From: Pelomyxa schiedti
Taxonomy: Eukaryota > Protista > Evosea
Length of the DNA stretch: 36,781 bases
Assembly (NCBI GenBank): GCA_020536535.1
Contig: JAHLWZ010000418.1
Coordinates: 1-36,781 of the forward strand
Direction: 5' to 3'
Part shown: positions 34,983-36,781 of the stretch, piece by piece
Layout: every line of letters starts with the position of its first letter
How positions within the stretch are numbered: position 1 is the stretch's first letter
Notes under the pieces: model-generated
Database searches by the model: none
What the model was told of the DNA's origin: nothing
Seen by the model: only the letters and a program-made list of their open reading frames with translations
Program-made: the position numbers and the translations under genes

Positions 34983-36329
34983 TTATGAGGAGTGTGTGTC
35001 ACTGAGATACACACTGTTCCAATGTGGGAACTCAACAGTCAGAACAAGGAACTCAGAGAGAATGTCATAAACAAAAACCTGGTTCTGGTTCACTGCCTGT
35101 ATCACACAGCACGACTCCAACTTTGTTTGTGTATGTGCGGCCATCCCCTCTCCCCTCTCCAGATGTGTTTGTGGTGGTAACTTGTCAGCATCAGCAGATT
35201 CCCAGAGCTCTCCCCTCTCTTCTTCTGGATTCACGTGACAAGGAAGTAACACTTCCTTGAGTGGCCTGAGTTCGGGGTTCTCACGATCCCACACTTCGTA
35301 TTCAGGATAATGTCCACATGCCTCTGTGTGACTGATGATGAACTTGGAAGCAGTCAGCCATGAGATCCCCAGCCTTTCTCTCGAGTAGGCAATCATTCGC
35401 GCAGCACCACTGCCTTCTTCCACTTGTGATATTTGCCAATTGTCACCTACAGCCGTCCTTTCACGCAACGCAGCAATGAATGAAGAGCACCCACTTTCTG
35501 GATGAGACTGCCTGCTCTTGATGTGAATGACCCAGACCACATGCTCTTCCTCACCAATGTTGCTGAGTGTGGAGCTGATCGCACATAAGCTCTTCGTCGA
35601 ATGTGTCACCCTTGCATCAATTCGCACCAAGCTGATAACGTCCAAGGTACCCAAAGGCTGCACAACCATGATGATTTCATCCAGATTCTGAGCATTGAAT
35701 GCCAGAAGCTGTATCATGTGAGAGTGGCCAGTGTATGGCAGTGGAACGGTAACAACAGCAGCTGCTGCGGGAGAAGTGGGTGATGCAGAAGAAGAAGAGG
35801 AAGAAGAAGAAACAGAAACATGTGGTGTTGGCTGTACCCGGAGCACAATCCTTTTCTCCACATCATCGAGATCGGTTCCACAGTCCACGAACCACATGGA
35901 ATTGATTCCCTGGCCCATTCGGTGGAATCTTCCTCCTCCCATAAGCTGTACGCCCCTGCCTGCCCAGTCCAAATCGCGCAGCACAAGCCGGCCATTTGGC
36001 GTCATGTCGATGTAGCGGGTGTCGTCGACCCACCGCCACGGCCACAGCGGCCTCACCTCGACCGGGCCCACGACGCCCAGCAGCGTCGGCGACACGCCGA
36101 ACGCGAGCGTGCCCAAGAGGCTCTGCTTGCCGCCCACGACGACCGGCGGGGTGCCGCGCACCTTGGCCGACACGCGCACCTGCGTGGCCACGACGTGCGA
36201 CCACACCAGCACCGCGACCGAGTGTGGCACAGCCGGTCCCGACGACGCGCGCGCGGCGAGCACGGCAACTTGGGAGCGAGCCGAGAGAGTGGGCCGAGCG
36301 ACGAAGTCGCATGTGGTAGTCGACGACAT
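34983..36329 (-). CDS. Intronless hypothetical protein, LSARxQ-motif family
   Basis: Uninterrupted ~448-aa ORF starting MSSTTTCDFVARPTLSARSQVAVLA; has a frameshifted paralogue at 10479-11821. Confidence 0.82.
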   Translation of the reverse strand: MSSTTTCDFVARPTLSARSQVAVLAARASSGPAVPHSVAVLVWSHVVATQVRVSAKVRGTPPVVVGGKQSLLGTLAFGVSPTLLGVVGPVEVRPLWPWRWVDDTRYIDMTPNGRLVLRDLDWAGRGVQLMGGGRFHRMGQGINSMWFVDCGTDLDDVEKRIVLRVQPTPHVSVSSSSSSSSASPTSPAAAAVVTVPLPYTGHSHMIQLLAFNAQNLDEIIMVVQPLGTLDVISLVRIDARVTHSTKSLCAISSTLSNIGEEEHVVWVIHIKSRQSHPESGCSSFIAALRERTAVGDNWQISQVEEGSGAARMIAYSRERLGISWLTASKFIISHTEACGHYPEYEVWDRENPELRPLKEVLLPCHVNPEEERGELWESADADKLPPQTHLERGEGMAAHTQTKLESCCVIQAVNQNQVFVYDILSEFLVLTVEFPHWNSVYLSDTHSS

Positions 36330-36781
36330 TGGAGATCCCTGCCAAGCAAAGGCACGAATTGTAATCAATCTGGAGTCAGCTTCTCAATGGAAATTCGTGG
36401 GACACACCTGGAACTCTGCAGCGGTATCCTAACAACTGAGACGAAACCAACATGCAGGCAATGATTGTTCTTTCCTTTGTGGGGTATGTTCCAATTTCGT
36501 ACTCCTGTCTACTCACTGGTATTATTGTTGCTGGGAAATCCCTGAATCAGTAGAAGTCATTTGAGTACGGCAACGCGTCAACGCCGTCTCCATGAATTTT
36601 ACAGTGATTTGCTCTTACACTAACGCTTGATGTATCATCACGCTCAACAGGAGGGGGAACGTGTGTACTTCCACAAAGTACACGAACTCGGCCTTGCTCG
36701 CGAGGCTCTGAAGTCTGGCGCACTTTAGCGGGATTGGAGAGACTGAGGACTGAGCCGAATCTGGACTATTACCAGAATGAG

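Noticed and set aside
36400-36781. Possible terminal exons of a neighbouring gene
   Set aside because: No ORF of 60 aa or more and no recognisable motif; it cannot be supported from this window alone.

Overview
Eukaryotic (protist) genomic DNA with dense genes and short GT-AG introns (about 40-115 nt). The gene families resemble those of an archamoeba such as Pelomyxa, but that is an inference. The window is a duplicated cluster containing four ankyrin - coiled-coil - ubiquitin-like - kinase genes plus a truncated fifth copy, five members of an 'LSARxQ' hypothetical-protein family (one pseudogene), an F-box gene, a PINK1-like/Sel1-repeat kinase and a decayed intron-containing piggyBac-type transposase. 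Main finding: in three kinase paralogues, the apparent 0.9-2 kb intron between ankyrin repeats 2 and 3 resolves into an array of AG|codon|GT micro-exons. Copy A has 22 (20 of them exactly 3 nt), copy B has 10 and copy C has at least 8. All are phase 0 and none is a stop codon. Together they would build a Tyr/Gly-rich variable loop in the ankyrin hairpin (A: I-GEP-N-D-Y-Y-G-Y-G-F-G-I-Q-H-R-L-Y-G-G-I-E-GD). This is a candidate system for combinatorial diversification of an intracellular receptor kinase by splicing of single-codon exons; it needs transcript data to confirm.
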